From assembly GCA_963742735.1 (NCBI GenBank), contig CAVUMN010000004.1, forward strand, positions 544,001 to 608,000: 64,000 nt of DNA, in the 5' to 3' direction. The position numbers were made by a program, and so were the translations under genes. The stretch comes from an uncultured Actinomycetes bacterium. Its GTDB lineage: Bacteria > Actinomycetota > UBA4738 > JBBDTT01. Shown piece by piece: positions 55,034 through 64,000 of this stretch (positions within the stretch are counted from its first letter, which is position 1; each line of letters opens with the position of its first letter). Under the pieces are notes generated by a model that was given only the letters and a program-made list of their open reading frames with translations, made no database searches and had not been told where the DNA came from.

Positions 55034-56323
55034 ATGCGAACCCGATCCCAGGTGCTGGGCGTGGCTACGGCCGTCATCGTGCTGTTCCTCGCCGGCTTCT
55101 CCTACGCCGGCCCCTTCAAGAGCAACCCCATCCTCGCGCCGGTCGACGACCTGGCGCAGGACGTGATCGTTGAAGACGTGGTCGAGCCGATCACCGGCGC
55201 GATCGGCTCGGGTATCGGCGGGAAGGGCTCCGTGGCCGCCCCAACCGTCACCTCCGACGACGACCTCGCTGGCCACGACACCCCGGATCCCGAGAGTCCC
55301 GACCACGCGTCGGGCGGCGTGCTCGACGCCGACCTCGCCGGCAGCGCCCTCGCCGACGGATCGGTCACGCGCGCCGAGGTGGACGACTCGGACCGGGCGG
55401 CGGGCGACGCGACGGTGCTCTCGCTCCTCGGGAGCGAGATCATCGGCGCGCACTCGTCCTCGGACGGCACGACCAGCGAGGAGTTCGACATCCTCGGCCC
55501 GATCTGTGACGCGAGCGGCGGCGCGCTCTGCGTGCAGCTGCTGTGGGCCTCGACCACGTCCACCCAGGACGCGTCCACGTCGAGCTCCCAGTCGCACACG
55601 GCCCTCGCCTTCGTGTGTCTCGGTGGGACCGCCACCAACGCCGACCACGTCTGCGACGGGCCGATCGGGGCGAGCGTGGGCGAGAGCCACAGCGGGTTCG
55701 TGCGCGACCGGATGACCGGCAGCTCGACCGCGGCGCACTCGACCGACGCGGCGGACCTGTGCCTCGGCGGCGAGGACCCGGCCGGCCTGTGCTCCGGCCT
55801 CGGGGCGAACGTCCTGCACGCCGCGGCGGCGGCCGACACGAGCGGCTTCTCCGCTCGCGACTCGCAGGTCCTGGGCGTCGAGGTGCTCGGCGAGAACAAC
55901 CCGGTCCTGGCCGACCCCCTCGGGCTGGCCATCATGCCGGACTGCCCTCCGGACCTCGGGGTGCTGTGTCTGTACCTGAACCAGGGCGAGGACCTGCTCG
56001 GCAACGGCGCCGTCGGCGCGGCCCAGCAGGCCCTGCACCTCAGCCTGCTGAATGAGCTGGTGCTGGGGCACGTCAGCACCGCGGAGGCGCTGGTCTCCCA
56101 GCGCGCCGCCCCCGGCGGCCCGACCTGCAACGACGGGGCGCCGATCCCGCCGTCGGGCGTCTGCCCGCCGCTGGACAAGCCGCCGCTGGCCCAGGTCCCC
56201 GGCGGTTTGCCGGTGACCGGTGGCGACCTCTGGCTGCCCTTCGCGATGGCCCTGAACCTGATCGTCGCGGGCTGGCTCGTGCTGGCGTGGGACCGGAGGA
56301 ACCGGCTGGTGTCGGTCGCCTGA
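55034..56323 (+). CDS. Secreted Cys-rich surface protein with an LPXTG-like sorting signal
   Basis: GGAGGAGG RBS; signal peptide; paired Cys; C-terminal LPVTGG + TM + RRNR. Confidence 0.82.
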   Translation: MRTRSQVLGVATAVIVLFLAGFSYAGPFKSNPILAPVDDLAQDVIVEDVVEPITGAIGSGIGGKGSVAAPTVTSDDDLAGHDTPDPESPDHASGGVLDADLAGSALADGSVTRAEVDDSDRAAGDATVLSLLGSEIIGAHSSSDGTTSEEFDILGPICDASGGALCVQLLWASTTSTQDASTSSSQSHTALAFVCLGGTATNADHVCDGPIGASVGESHSGFVRDRMTGSSTAAHSTDAADLCLGGEDPAGLCSGLGANVLHAAAAADTSGFSARDSQVLGVEVLGENNPVLADPLGLAIMPDCPPDLGVLCLYLNQGEDLLGNGAVGAAQQALHLSLLNELVLGHVSTAEALVSQRAAPGGPTCNDGAPIPPSGVCPPLDKPPLAQVPGGLPVTGGDLWLPFAMALNLIVAGWLVLAWDRRNRLVSVA

Positions 56324-56341
56324 GCTACTTCACCGCAGCAA

Positions 56342-56381
56342 AGGGCCCGCTCGCTCGGTAACGTTCGAGCGGGCGGGCCTT
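56342..56381 (+). terminator. GC-rich hairpin, possible terminator or processing site
   Basis: GGCCCGCTCGCTCG-N8-CGAGCGGGCGGGCC, then TTCTGCTCGTT. Confidence 0.55.
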
Positions 56382-56407
56382 CTGCTCGTTCGAAAGGGGG
56401 GTGCTCG

Positions 56408-56911
56408 ATGAGGAAGCTCGGGATGGCGGTGCTCGTCGCGATGCTCGCGGTGGTGCTCGGGGCGTCGGGGGCGGTCGGTGCCGCGTTCGACACGGACTTC
56501 GCCTCCGACCTGAGCGGCGGACAGGAGGTCCCCGCGGTTGACACCGAGGCCACCGGCGGGGCGAGGTTCGACGTGATCGACCTCGGGAACGGCCGGCGGG
56601 AGATCAAGTTCCGGCTCGGCGTGTTCCACATCGACCACGTCACGGCCGCCCACATCCACCTGGGATGTCCTGGGGAGAACGGTCCCGTCGTGGCGTTCCT
56701 GTTCGAGGGTGGGCCGACCGGCGAGGTCAACGGCCGGTTGTCGCAGGGGACCATCCGCCGCGGCAACCTGGTCGGACCGCTGGCGGGCCGGGGCGTCCAG
56801 CGTCTGGTGGAGGCCATGGAGTCGAACTGCACCTACGTGAACGTCCACACCACGGAATGGCCGGGCGGGGAGACCCGGGGGCAGATCTTCGGCACGTCGC
56901 CCAACCCGTAA
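56408..56911 (+). CDS. Secreted CHRD-domain protein
   Basis: LSGGQEVP, AAHIH...GENGPVV, YVNVHT..WPGGETRGQI. Confidence 0.93.
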   Translation: MRKLGMAVLVAMLAVVLGASGAVGAAFDTDFASDLSGGQEVPAVDTEATGGARFDVIDLGNGRREIKFRLGVFHIDHVTAAHIHLGCPGENGPVVAFLFEGGPTGEVNGRLSQGTIRRGNLVGPLAGRGVQRLVEAMESNCTYVNVHTTEWPGGETRGQIFGTSPNP

Positions 56912-56943
56912 TCGATTCGCGGCGGGCGTCGTAGGCTGACCGC

Positions 56944-58365
56944 GTGACACGCGCGGCCACTATCGGCGAGCTTCGGGCGAGCGGCTACGCCGATCGAAGC
57001 GTCAAGGAGGAGCTCCGCGCCAACCTCCTGGAGTGGTTGGGGCGGGGCTCCTCGCCGTTCCCGGGGATCGTCGGGTTCGACGAGTCGGTGCTGCCCGCTC
57101 TGGAGCGGGGCGTCCTGGCCGGCCACGACCTGATCCTGCTGGGGGAGCGGGGCCAGGCCAAGACCCGGCTGATCCGTTCGCTGGTTGCCCTGCTGGACGA
57201 GACCGCGCCTGCGATCGAAGGCTGCGAGATCTCCGACCACCCGTTCCGGCCCATCTGCGCGTCCTGCCGCGCGCGCGTCGAGGCCGACGGGGACGCGGTC
57301 GCGGTCGTGTGGATCGATCGCCAGTCGCGCTACGCCGAGAAGCTGGCGACGCCGGACATCTCGGTGGCCGACCTCATCGGCGACGTCGACCCGATCAAGG
57401 TCGCCGAGGGCCGCCATCTGGGCGACGAGCTCACGATCCACTACGGACTCGTCCCCCGAACCAACCGCGGGATCGTGGCGATCAACGAGCTTCCGGATCT
57501 GCCGGAGCGCATCCAGGTGGGGCTGTTCAACATCCTCGAGGAGCGCGACGTGCAGATCCGCGGGTACAAGATCCGGCTGCCGCTGGACCTGCTGGTCGTG
57601 GCCACCGCCAACCCCGAGGACTACACGCACCGTGGGCGGATCGTGAGCCCCCTCAAGGACCGGTTCGGGACGCAGGTCCGCACCCACTACCCCGAGACGG
57701 TCGAGGACGAGGTTCGGATCATGGTCCAGGAGGCGGCCGCGCCGGCCGCCGGCATCCCGGTGCACGTCCCCCGGTTCGTCAACGAGGTCCTCGCCGCGCT
57801 GACCGGCGAGCTCCGCCGCTCGCCCCAGGTGAACCAGCGCTCGGGGGTTTCGGTGCGGTACTCCATCGGCAACCTGGAGACGGTCGTGGCCAGCGCCGTC
57901 CGCCGCGCCGCGCGGCTGGGGGAGGCCGAGGCCGTTCCCCGCCCCGTCGACTTCCCGGCCGCCCTGGAGTCCTCGCTGGGAAGGATCGAGTTCGACACGA
58001 TCGAGGAGGGTCGCGAGGAGGAGATCCTCGGGCGGGCCCTGCGGCAGGCCGTCCTCGCGGTGTTCGGCAAGCGGCTGGGCGGCGCCGACCTCGGCGCGGT
58101 CCTCGACCGCTTCCACGAGGGACTCGTCGCCGAGACCTCGGACCTCACGCCGGCGAGCGGGTTCCTCGAGCAGTTCGGCCCGGTCCCCGGGCTGGCCAGG
58201 ATCCTCGAGCGCCTCGGGGTAGAGGAGGAGTCTCCGGGTGCGGCCGCGGCGGCGCTGGAGTTCGCGCTGGAGGGTCTGCACCTGACCAAGCGGCTCAACA
58301 AGGACTCGGCGGGCCGCCTCGGCGCCGTTCGCTACACCGGTCCCGACGCGACGTCTCGGGACTGA
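56944..58365 (+). CDS. Mg-chelatase/MoxR-like AAA+ ATPase (Rv0958-like)
   Basis: LGERGQAKTRL, DLIGDVDPIKVAEG, INELPDL, ANPEDYT.RGRI. Confidence 0.92.
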   Translation: MTRAATIGELRASGYADRSVKEELRANLLEWLGRGSSPFPGIVGFDESVLPALERGVLAGHDLILLGERGQAKTRLIRSLVALLDETAPAIEGCEISDHPFRPICASCRARVEADGDAVAVVWIDRQSRYAEKLATPDISVADLIGDVDPIKVAEGRHLGDELTIHYGLVPRTNRGIVAINELPDLPERIQVGLFNILEERDVQIRGYKIRLPLDLLVVATANPEDYTHRGRIVSPLKDRFGTQVRTHYPETVEDEVRIMVQEAAAPAAGIPVHVPRFVNEVLAALTGELRRSPQVNQRSGVSVRYSIGNLETVVASAVRRAARLGEAEAVPRPVDFPAALESSLGRIEFDTIEEGREEEILGRALRQAVLAVFGKRLGGADLGAVLDRFHEGLVAETSDLTPASGFLEQFGPVPGLARILERLGVEEESPGAAAAALEFALEGLHLTKRLNKDSAGRLGAVRYTGPDATSRD

Positions 58366-58370
58366 GCCGC

Positions 58371-60305
58371 GTGCGCTTCCGGTACTCGGAATGGGACGGG
58401 ACCCAGGACCCCCTCGGGCCCGATCTGTCGGCGGCAGACCTGCTCGACGCGATGGGGGAGGAGATCCTCGCGGGAGGCGGCGCGGAGCGCGCGCTGTCGC
58501 GGCTGCTTCGCCGGGGCCTGCGGGGCCAGTTCGGGGGCCTGGACGCGCTCCGGGCCCGGCTGCGCGACGCCCGCCGGCGGCAGCAGGAGGCCCTCGACCT
58601 GACGGGGCCGCTCGAGGAGGTTCGCGAGCGCCTCGACGAGATCCTGGACCTCGAGCGCCGGGCGCTCGCGGCGCGGGACGACGAGGACGCGCGGTTCGGC
58701 GAGCTTCGCCTGGCCCAGCTGCCCGAGGACGTCGCCGGCCAGGTCTCGGAGCTGAAGGACTACGACTTCGCCGATCCTCAGGCCGCCGAGAAGTTCGACG
58801 AGCTGATGAAGATGCTGCAGGAGCAGGTGCTCGGCGCGTACTTCCGGCAGCTCGGCCAGAACCTGCGGGACATGACCCCGGAGCAGATCGCGCGCCTCAA
58901 GGACATGCTCGCCGAGCTCAACACGATGATCGACGCCCGGGAGCGGGGCGAGCACGCGCAGGCGCAGTTCGACGACTTCATGTCGCGGTACGGAGACCTG
59001 TTCCCCGACAACCCGAAGACCCTCGACGAGCTGCTGGAGAACCTCGCCCGGCGGATGGCGGCCATGTCGCGGCTGCTCGCCTCGCTGCCCCCCGACCGGC
59101 GGCGCGAGCTCGAGGACCTCGCGCGGCAGGTGATGGGCGACCTGGACCTCCAGTTCGAGGTCGACCGCCTGGCGTCCGCGCTGGCCGGCCGCTTCCCGGG
59201 GATGCCATGGGACGACCCCGCGTTCACCGGCGGGGAGGAGGCCATGCCGCTGCAGGCGACGGTCGACGCGATGGAGCGTCTCCACGAGTTCGAGGACCTG
59301 GAGCGGTCCATGCGCGGCGACTATGCGGGGGCCGGGCTGGACGACATCGACGAGGAGAGCCTCCGCCGAGCGATGGGCGAGGACGCCGTCCGCGACCTGC
59401 GCCGGCTCAAGGAGATCGAGCGGGCCCTGGAGCAGGCCGGCCTGTTGACCCGTGAGGGCGGGAGCCTGCGGGTCACCGCCCGCGGCGCGCGCAAGCTGGG
59501 GGAGCGGGCCCTGGTGAAACTGTTCGAGGCGCTGCGCCGCGACCGCGAGGGCAGCCACGCCGTGCGCGAGGCGGGGGGGGTCGCGGAGCCGACCGGCGCC
59601 ACCCGCCCCTGGCGGTTCGGCGACACCGGGCGGATCGACGTCCAGCGCACCGTCTTCAACGCCGTGTTGCGAGGCGGTCCGGGCGCGAAACCGCGGTTGA
59701 GCGCGGAGGACTTCGAGCTCGAGGAGGCGGAGACGCGGACCTCCACCGCCACCGCGTTGCTGCTCGACCTGTCGTTCTCGATGCCGCTGCGCGGACACTG
59801 GGTGCACGCGAAGCGGATGGCGCTGGCGCTGCACGCACTCATCGAGGGCCGCTACCCGCACGACACGCTGTACCTGATCGGGTTCAGCGACTACGCGCGG
59901 CGGATGGTTCCCGAGGACCTGACCGCCGCGGGGTGGGAGCGTGTCTACGGCACCAACATGCAGCACGCGTTCAATCTGGCCTCCCGGCTGCTGGGCCAGC
60001 ACCCGCGCGCGGCCCGGCAGGTGATCATGGTCACCGACGGCGAGCCCACGGCCCACCTGGAGGGCGAGGAGGTGTTCTTCTCGTGGCCGCCGGTCCCCGA
60101 GACGATCCAGCGCACCCTAACGGAGGCCGTCCGCCTGTCGCGCTCGGGCGTCACCCTCAACGTCTTCATGCTCGAAGACGAGCCGCGGCTGACGCGGTTC
60201 ATGGAGCGCCTCGCCCGCCTGACGAACGGACGCGTGTTCCAGATGGCCGGCGAGGGCCTGGGCGAGTTCGTCGTGCGCGACTACGTCCGCCGCCGGGCCT
60301 CCTGA
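58371..60305 (+). CDS. VWA-domain protein (Rv0959-like)
   Basis: FRYSEWDGTQ, MIDAS DLSFSM, TNMQHA, VTDGEPTAH. Confidence 0.92.
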   Translation: MRFRYSEWDGTQDPLGPDLSAADLLDAMGEEILAGGGAERALSRLLRRGLRGQFGGLDALRARLRDARRRQQEALDLTGPLEEVRERLDEILDLERRALAARDDEDARFGELRLAQLPEDVAGQVSELKDYDFADPQAAEKFDELMKMLQEQVLGAYFRQLGQNLRDMTPEQIARLKDMLAELNTMIDARERGEHAQAQFDDFMSRYGDLFPDNPKTLDELLENLARRMAAMSRLLASLPPDRRRELEDLARQVMGDLDLQFEVDRLASALAGRFPGMPWDDPAFTGGEEAMPLQATVDAMERLHEFEDLERSMRGDYAGAGLDDIDEESLRRAMGEDAVRDLRRLKEIERALEQAGLLTREGGSLRVTARGARKLGERALVKLFEALRRDREGSHAVREAGGVAEPTGATRPWRFGDTGRIDVQRTVFNAVLRGGPGAKPRLSAEDFELEEAETRTSTATALLLDLSFSMPLRGHWVHAKRMALALHALIEGRYPHDTLYLIGFSDYARRMVPEDLTAAGWERVYGTNMQHAFNLASRLLGQHPRAARQVIMVTDGEPTAHLEGEEVFFSWPPVPETIQRTLTEAVRLSRSGVTLNVFMLEDEPRLTRFMERLARLTNGRVFQMAGEGLGEFVVRDYVRRRAS

Positions 60306-60311
60306 GCGGGG

Positions 60312-62789
60312 CTACTCGATGGGGGCGCTCCAGACGGCGCCCTCGCGATCCGGACCCCGAACTTCGTAGCCCACCACCAACAGGGTGCCCCCGCTCACGA
60401 CGGCTCCCCGGCCCGCCTGCTTGCCCGAGCCTCCGAGGACCGCGTCCTCGCTCGGCTGCTCCCAGGTGAGCCCGTCGGGCGAGAACCACACGGCGGCATC
60501 CTGGCCGTCGTCGCCAACCGCGACGAACCCGCCCTCCCAGGCGGTCACGAACCGCATCTCCTGGCCTCCCGGTTTCGAGAAGACCTGCTTCGCGACCCGG
60601 CGCCACGCGTGACCGTCGTCGGACGTCCACACGGCCGCGTCGGAGCCGTCGCCCCCCGAGTCGTAGCCGACCGCCACCAGCCGGTCCTCAGGCCCTGCCA
60701 CGATCGCGGCGATCTGCTGGTCGCCGGCGCCACCGAGGGCGGCCTCGTCGTGGGCGACGTGTTCCCATCCCTGGCCGCTCTCGGAGAACCAGACCGCCGC
60801 GTCGTCATCCCCCCCGGAGTCGTCGAATCCCCCGGCGACCAGGAGGTCGATGTCGCCGGCGACCGCCCGCAAGCGCTGTTCTCCCGGCCCACCGAAGACG
60901 CTCTCCACCGGATCGACCCGGAACCAGTCGGTGCCGAAGGTCGAGGTCCACACCGCCGCGTCGCCGTCGCCCCCGGACGTGTCGTATCCGACGGCCACGA
61001 ACTCCCTGGAGGTGGCGACCACCCGGTTCATCGTCTGCTCGCCGGCCCCTCCCAGCACCCCCGTGGCGTCCTCCACGCGCTGCCAGGTGAGCCCTCCGTC
61101 CGGCGATTGCCAGACGGCGGCGTCCCCCGCGTCGTAGCCCACGGCGAGATTGACGCTTTCCGTCAGGCCGGTGACTTGCTGGCGGCCGGGGCCTCCGAAC
61201 ACCTCCTCCTGATGGGGGACTCGGTCCCACCGGTTCCCGTCCACGGACCGCCAGATCGCCGCGTCCTCGTCGCCGCCGGAGGTGTCGAACCCCGCGCCCA
61301 CGTAGCCGGCTCCCCCCCGAACGATCCGCGTGATCTCCTGGTCGCCCTCGCCGCCGAGGGGCGGCGAGGTGATCCGGGTGAAGGCCAGGCCGTCCGTCTG
61401 TCCGGTGGGGGAGCCCGAGGGCGGACTGCCTCCGTCGCGTGGATCGGTTCCGTCCTTGCGGAGCAGCAAGAACGCCCCGGCGGCAACCACGACGGCGGCC
61501 ACCGCGCCAACCAATATCTTGCGTCCGGGGCCGGCGGTCGCGGGGGCCCGGGGCGGCGGCGGGCCGGTCCCATCCGCGGGCGCGGCCTTCGGAGTCGGCT
61601 TCGGCCCGCGCCGGGGGGCCGTCTTGGGCGGGGGCGGGGGCTCCGACCTCGCGGGAGCCTCCTGGGCCGAAGCCGCCTCGGGGGCGGCCTCCTCCGGCGG
61701 CGGCGAAACGTCGGCGGTCTCGGTGCCCTGCGCCGCGGCGGCGGCGACGGCCGCACCGAGAGCCACCGAGTGCTTCGGGTGCGCGTTCACGGCGACCGGG
61801 CGGCCGAGCTCGGAGGAGATCATCTGCGCGACCAGTGGGATCCGCGAGGATCCGCCCACGAGCAGGACGGCGCTCACGTCCGCGGGCAAGACCTTGGCCG
61901 ATCGCAGGGACCGGGAGAGGGCGGCGATGGTCTCGGAGATGGCCGGGCGGACCATCGACTCGAACTCCGCCCGCGTCAGCCGAACCTGGGTCTGGACGTT
62001 GGGCAGCAGGACGGGGATGGCCGCGTCGGTGTCCGAGGACAACGACTCCTTGGCGTCCACGCAGTCGCGTCGCAGCCGGGCCACGGCGGCGATCGCGCCC
62101 GGGTCGGTCGGGTCGAGCTCCTCGAAGGCCTTCCCCAGCGCCGTCCGCACGTGGCCGAACACGACCTCGTCGAAGTCGATGCCGCCCAGGCGCTCGATGC
62201 CCTCCGGCGTCCCCAGGATGCCGAACCCCGAGGAGGTCTTGCGGAGGACCGCGGCGTCGAACGTCCCGCCCCCCAGGTCGTAGACCGCGACGATGTCGCC
62301 CGGGGCGATCCGCTCGGTGGTGGCGTGGAAGATCGCGGCCGCCTCGGGCTCGGTCAGCGTCATCGCGTCGCCGATGTCCGCCAGCCGGATCGCCTCGGAC
62401 AGCAGGTCCTTCTTGAACGGGCCCCAGTTCGCCGGGTGCGTGATCGCGATGCGTTCGGGGTGCTCGCCCTCGCGCTTCGCGATCGCGTCAACGACCCAGC
62501 GCATGAGCTTGCCGGTGAGGGCCTCGGCCGAGAACGGCGTTCCCCCGAGCAGCAGAGGTGTGGGGTCCCCGACGCGGCGCTTGAACTCGCGGGCCACGCG
62601 GCCCGGGTCCGTGGACGCCCGGTGCTCCGCGGCTTCCCCGATCAGGAACGAGCCGTCCTCGCGGAGGTACAGGACCGAGGGGATCGAGGCCGCGCGGCTG
62701 CCGAGGGTCGCGGCCTCGACGCGGCCGTCACGCGCGACGGCCGCCGCGGTGAAGGTCGTGCCGATGTCGATGCCGAGCTGATACGCCAT
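60312..62789 (-). CDS. Hsp70-type ATPase + Pro-rich linker + TM + extracellular repeat (propeller-like) domain
   Basis: LGIDIGTT, TEPEAAA, YDLGGGTFD, LGGIDFD, LVGGSSRIP; about 6 repeats of GG.G.Q...VAVG.D...DAAVW.S.DG..W. Confidence 0.92.
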   Translation of the reverse strand: MAYQLGIDIGTTFTAAAVARDGRVEAATLGSRAASIPSVLYLREDGSFLIGEAAEHRASTDPGRVAREFKRRVGDPTPLLLGGTPFSAEALTGKLMRWVVDAIAKREGEHPERIAITHPANWGPFKKDLLSEAIRLADIGDAMTLTEPEAAAIFHATTERIAPGDIVAVYDLGGGTFDAAVLRKTSSGFGILGTPEGIERLGGIDFDEVVFGHVRTALGKAFEELDPTDPGAIAAVARLRRDCVDAKESLSSDTDAAIPVLLPNVQTQVRLTRAEFESMVRPAISETIAALSRSLRSAKVLPADVSAVLLVGGSSRIPLVAQMISSELGRPVAVNAHPKHSVALGAAVAAAAAQGTETADVSPPPEEAAPEAASAQEAPARSEPPPPPKTAPRRGPKPTPKAAPADGTGPPPPRAPATAGPGRKILVGAVAAVVVAAGAFLLLRKDGTDPRDGGSPPSGSPTGQTDGLAFTRITSPPLGGEGDQEITRIVRGGAGYVGAGFDTSGGDEDAAIWRSVDGNRWDRVPHQEEVFGGPGRQQVTGLTESVNLAVGYDAGDAAVWQSPDGGLTWQRVEDATGVLGGAGEQTMNRVVATSREFVAVGYDTSGGDGDAAVWTSTFGTDWFRVDPVESVFGGPGEQRLRAVAGDIDLLVAGGFDDSGGDDDAAVWFSESGQGWEHVAHDEAALGGAGDQQIAAIVAGPEDRLVAVGYDSGGDGSDAAVWTSDDGHAWRRVAKQVFSKPGGQEMRFVTAWEGGFVAVGDDGQDAAVWFSPDGLTWEQPSEDAVLGGSGKQAGRGAVVSGGTLLVVGYEVRGPDREGAVWSAPIE

Positions 62790-62857
62790 GCGGGGCGCAT
62801 TGTCGCAGGACGGCTCCGCCCTTGACGGAGTCGCGAGGCCGCGGGCATCCTCGGCCG

Positions 62858-64000
62858 GTGGATCGGGCCGACGCAGCGACGGACGGGCATGTCGACGAGG
62901 CCCGTGACCTCCTCGCCGCCGCGACGAGGGCGGCGCGGGCGCACGACCGCGCAGACCTCGCCGAGCGCGTGGGTGAGGCCGCTCGCCGCCTCGCCGAGCC
63001 CCGCACGCGGGTGGCCGTGGTCGGCGAGTACAAGCAGGGGAAGAGCTCGCTGGTCAACCTGCTGCTCGAGCAGCCCGTGGTTTCCGTCGACGACGACGCC
63101 TCCACGGCCGTTCCCACCCTGATCCGGTTCGGCGAGCGGGCCGCGGCGGCGGTGGTGACCCGCCGGTCGGAGGACTCGGACGACGCCGAGCGCCGGGAGG
63201 TGCCCGTCGACCGTCTGGCCGAGCATTCCTCGGAGGGCGGCGACCCCGCACGCCGAGCGTCGATCGAGGTGTCGGTCCCCCGTGACCTGCTCGCCTCCGG
63301 GATCGAGCTGGTGGACATGCCGGGGGTGGGCGGCCTCGCCTCGCCGACCGCCGCCGGAACGGTCGCCGGGGTGGCGGCGTCCGACGCCGTGCTCTTCGTC
63401 AGCGACGCCTCCCAGGAGCTCACCGCGCCCGAGCTCGAGTTCCTGCGCGCCGTCGGGAAGCTCGGCCCGGACGTCGTCCTGGTCCTGACGAAGGTCGACC
63501 TGTACCCGGAGTGGCGCCGGATCCTGGAGCTCGACGAGGGCCACCTTCGCGCGGCCGCCATCGCCGCCCAGGCGGTCCCGGTCTCGGGCGCGCTTCGGGC
63601 CCGAGCCCTGGAGTCCTCGGATGCGGGCGTCGACGCCGAGTCGGGCTACCCGGCCCTGGTGGCGCGCCTGGGTGCGATGGTCGCGGGGGCGCGCGATCGC
63701 TCGATCCGCGCCGCCGCCCGGTCGGCGGTGGCCGTGAGCGAACAGCTCCGGGGGCCGCTCCAGGCGGAGCGCTCGGCGCTGGCGGACCCCGGCGCGGCGC
63801 GAGCGCTCCGGGACCGGCTGGATGGGGCTCGGCGGGAGGCGGAGGCGCTGCAGGACGACGCCTCGGGATGGCAGCGACTCCTGGCCGACGGCGTGGCCGA
63901 CCTGGCCAGCGACGCCGAGCACGACTTTCAGGCCCGGTGCCGGACGGTCGTGAAGGAGGCCGAGGCGGCGATCGCCGACGGGTCGGCCGACGCGTGGGAG
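62858..64000 (+). CDS. Dynamin-like GTPase (IniA-like); 3' end outside the window
   Basis: Translated by hand (absent from the track because it has no stop): VAVVGEYKQGKSSLVN, STAVPT, LVDMPGVGG, FVSDASQELTAPELEFL, TKVDLYPEWRRI. Confidence 0.92.
   Translation, partial: MDRADAATDGHVDEARDLLAAATRAARAHDRADLAERVGEAARRLAEPRTRVAVVGEYKQGKSSLVNLLLEQPVVSVDDDASTAVPTLIRFGERAAAAVVTRRSEDSDDAERREVPVDRLAEHSSEGGDPARRASIEVSVPRDLLASGIELVDMPGVGGLASPTAAGTVAGVAASDAVLFVSDASQELTAPELEFLRAVGKLGPDVVLVLTKVDLYPEWRRILELDEGHLRAAAIAAQAVPVSGALRARALESSDAGVDAESGYPALVARLGAMVAGARDRSIRAAARSAVAVSEQLRGPLQAERSALADPGAARALRDRLDGARREAEALQDDASGWQRLLADGVADLASDAEHDFQARCRTVVKEAEAAIADGSADAWE

Noticed and set aside
56944-60305. Chlorophyll/cobalamin chelatase
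   Set aside because: The AAA+/VWA pair matches the widespread Rv0958/Rv0959-like chaperone type, and there are no tetrapyrrole genes nearby.

Overview
High-GC, gene-dense chromosomal window, most likely from an Actinomycetota bacterium (AdnAB helicase-nucleases, homodimeric aceE, F420-dependent Ddn-type reductase, IniA-like dynamin, many leaderless TANNNT promoters). About 57 CDS; I saw no rRNA, tRNA, CRISPR array or intact transposase. The main candidate for a new system is the AT-richer locus at about 19.1-22.8 kb. There, two paralogous multi-TM HisKA_3 sensor kinases flank an unannotated 30-aa signal-peptide-like ORF (20540..20632, minus strand, MSIKTKFVRVATLIGSLLTLVLASGAAHKH). That ORF has its own Shine-Dalgarno site, an SD-occluding hairpin and an intrinsic terminator, and a DUF5317-like membrane protein with an LspA-like pair of Asp motifs lies next to the kinases. 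I infer a peptide-signalling (quorum-sensing-like) module: precursor, processing peptidase and receptors. Other points of interest: a T4 gp19/eCIS tail-tube-like domain fused to a TM helix and PKD domains with a probable ATC start; an alpha-dioxygenase-like heme enzyme; an OmpR-type regulon readable from phased 11-bp repeats; divergent SigK-like promoters; an enediyne E8/E9-like pair without a PKS; a membrane-anchored SF2 helicase; a decayed antitoxin; and a structured, repeated intergenic element. All family assignments come from motif recognition by eye, not database searches.
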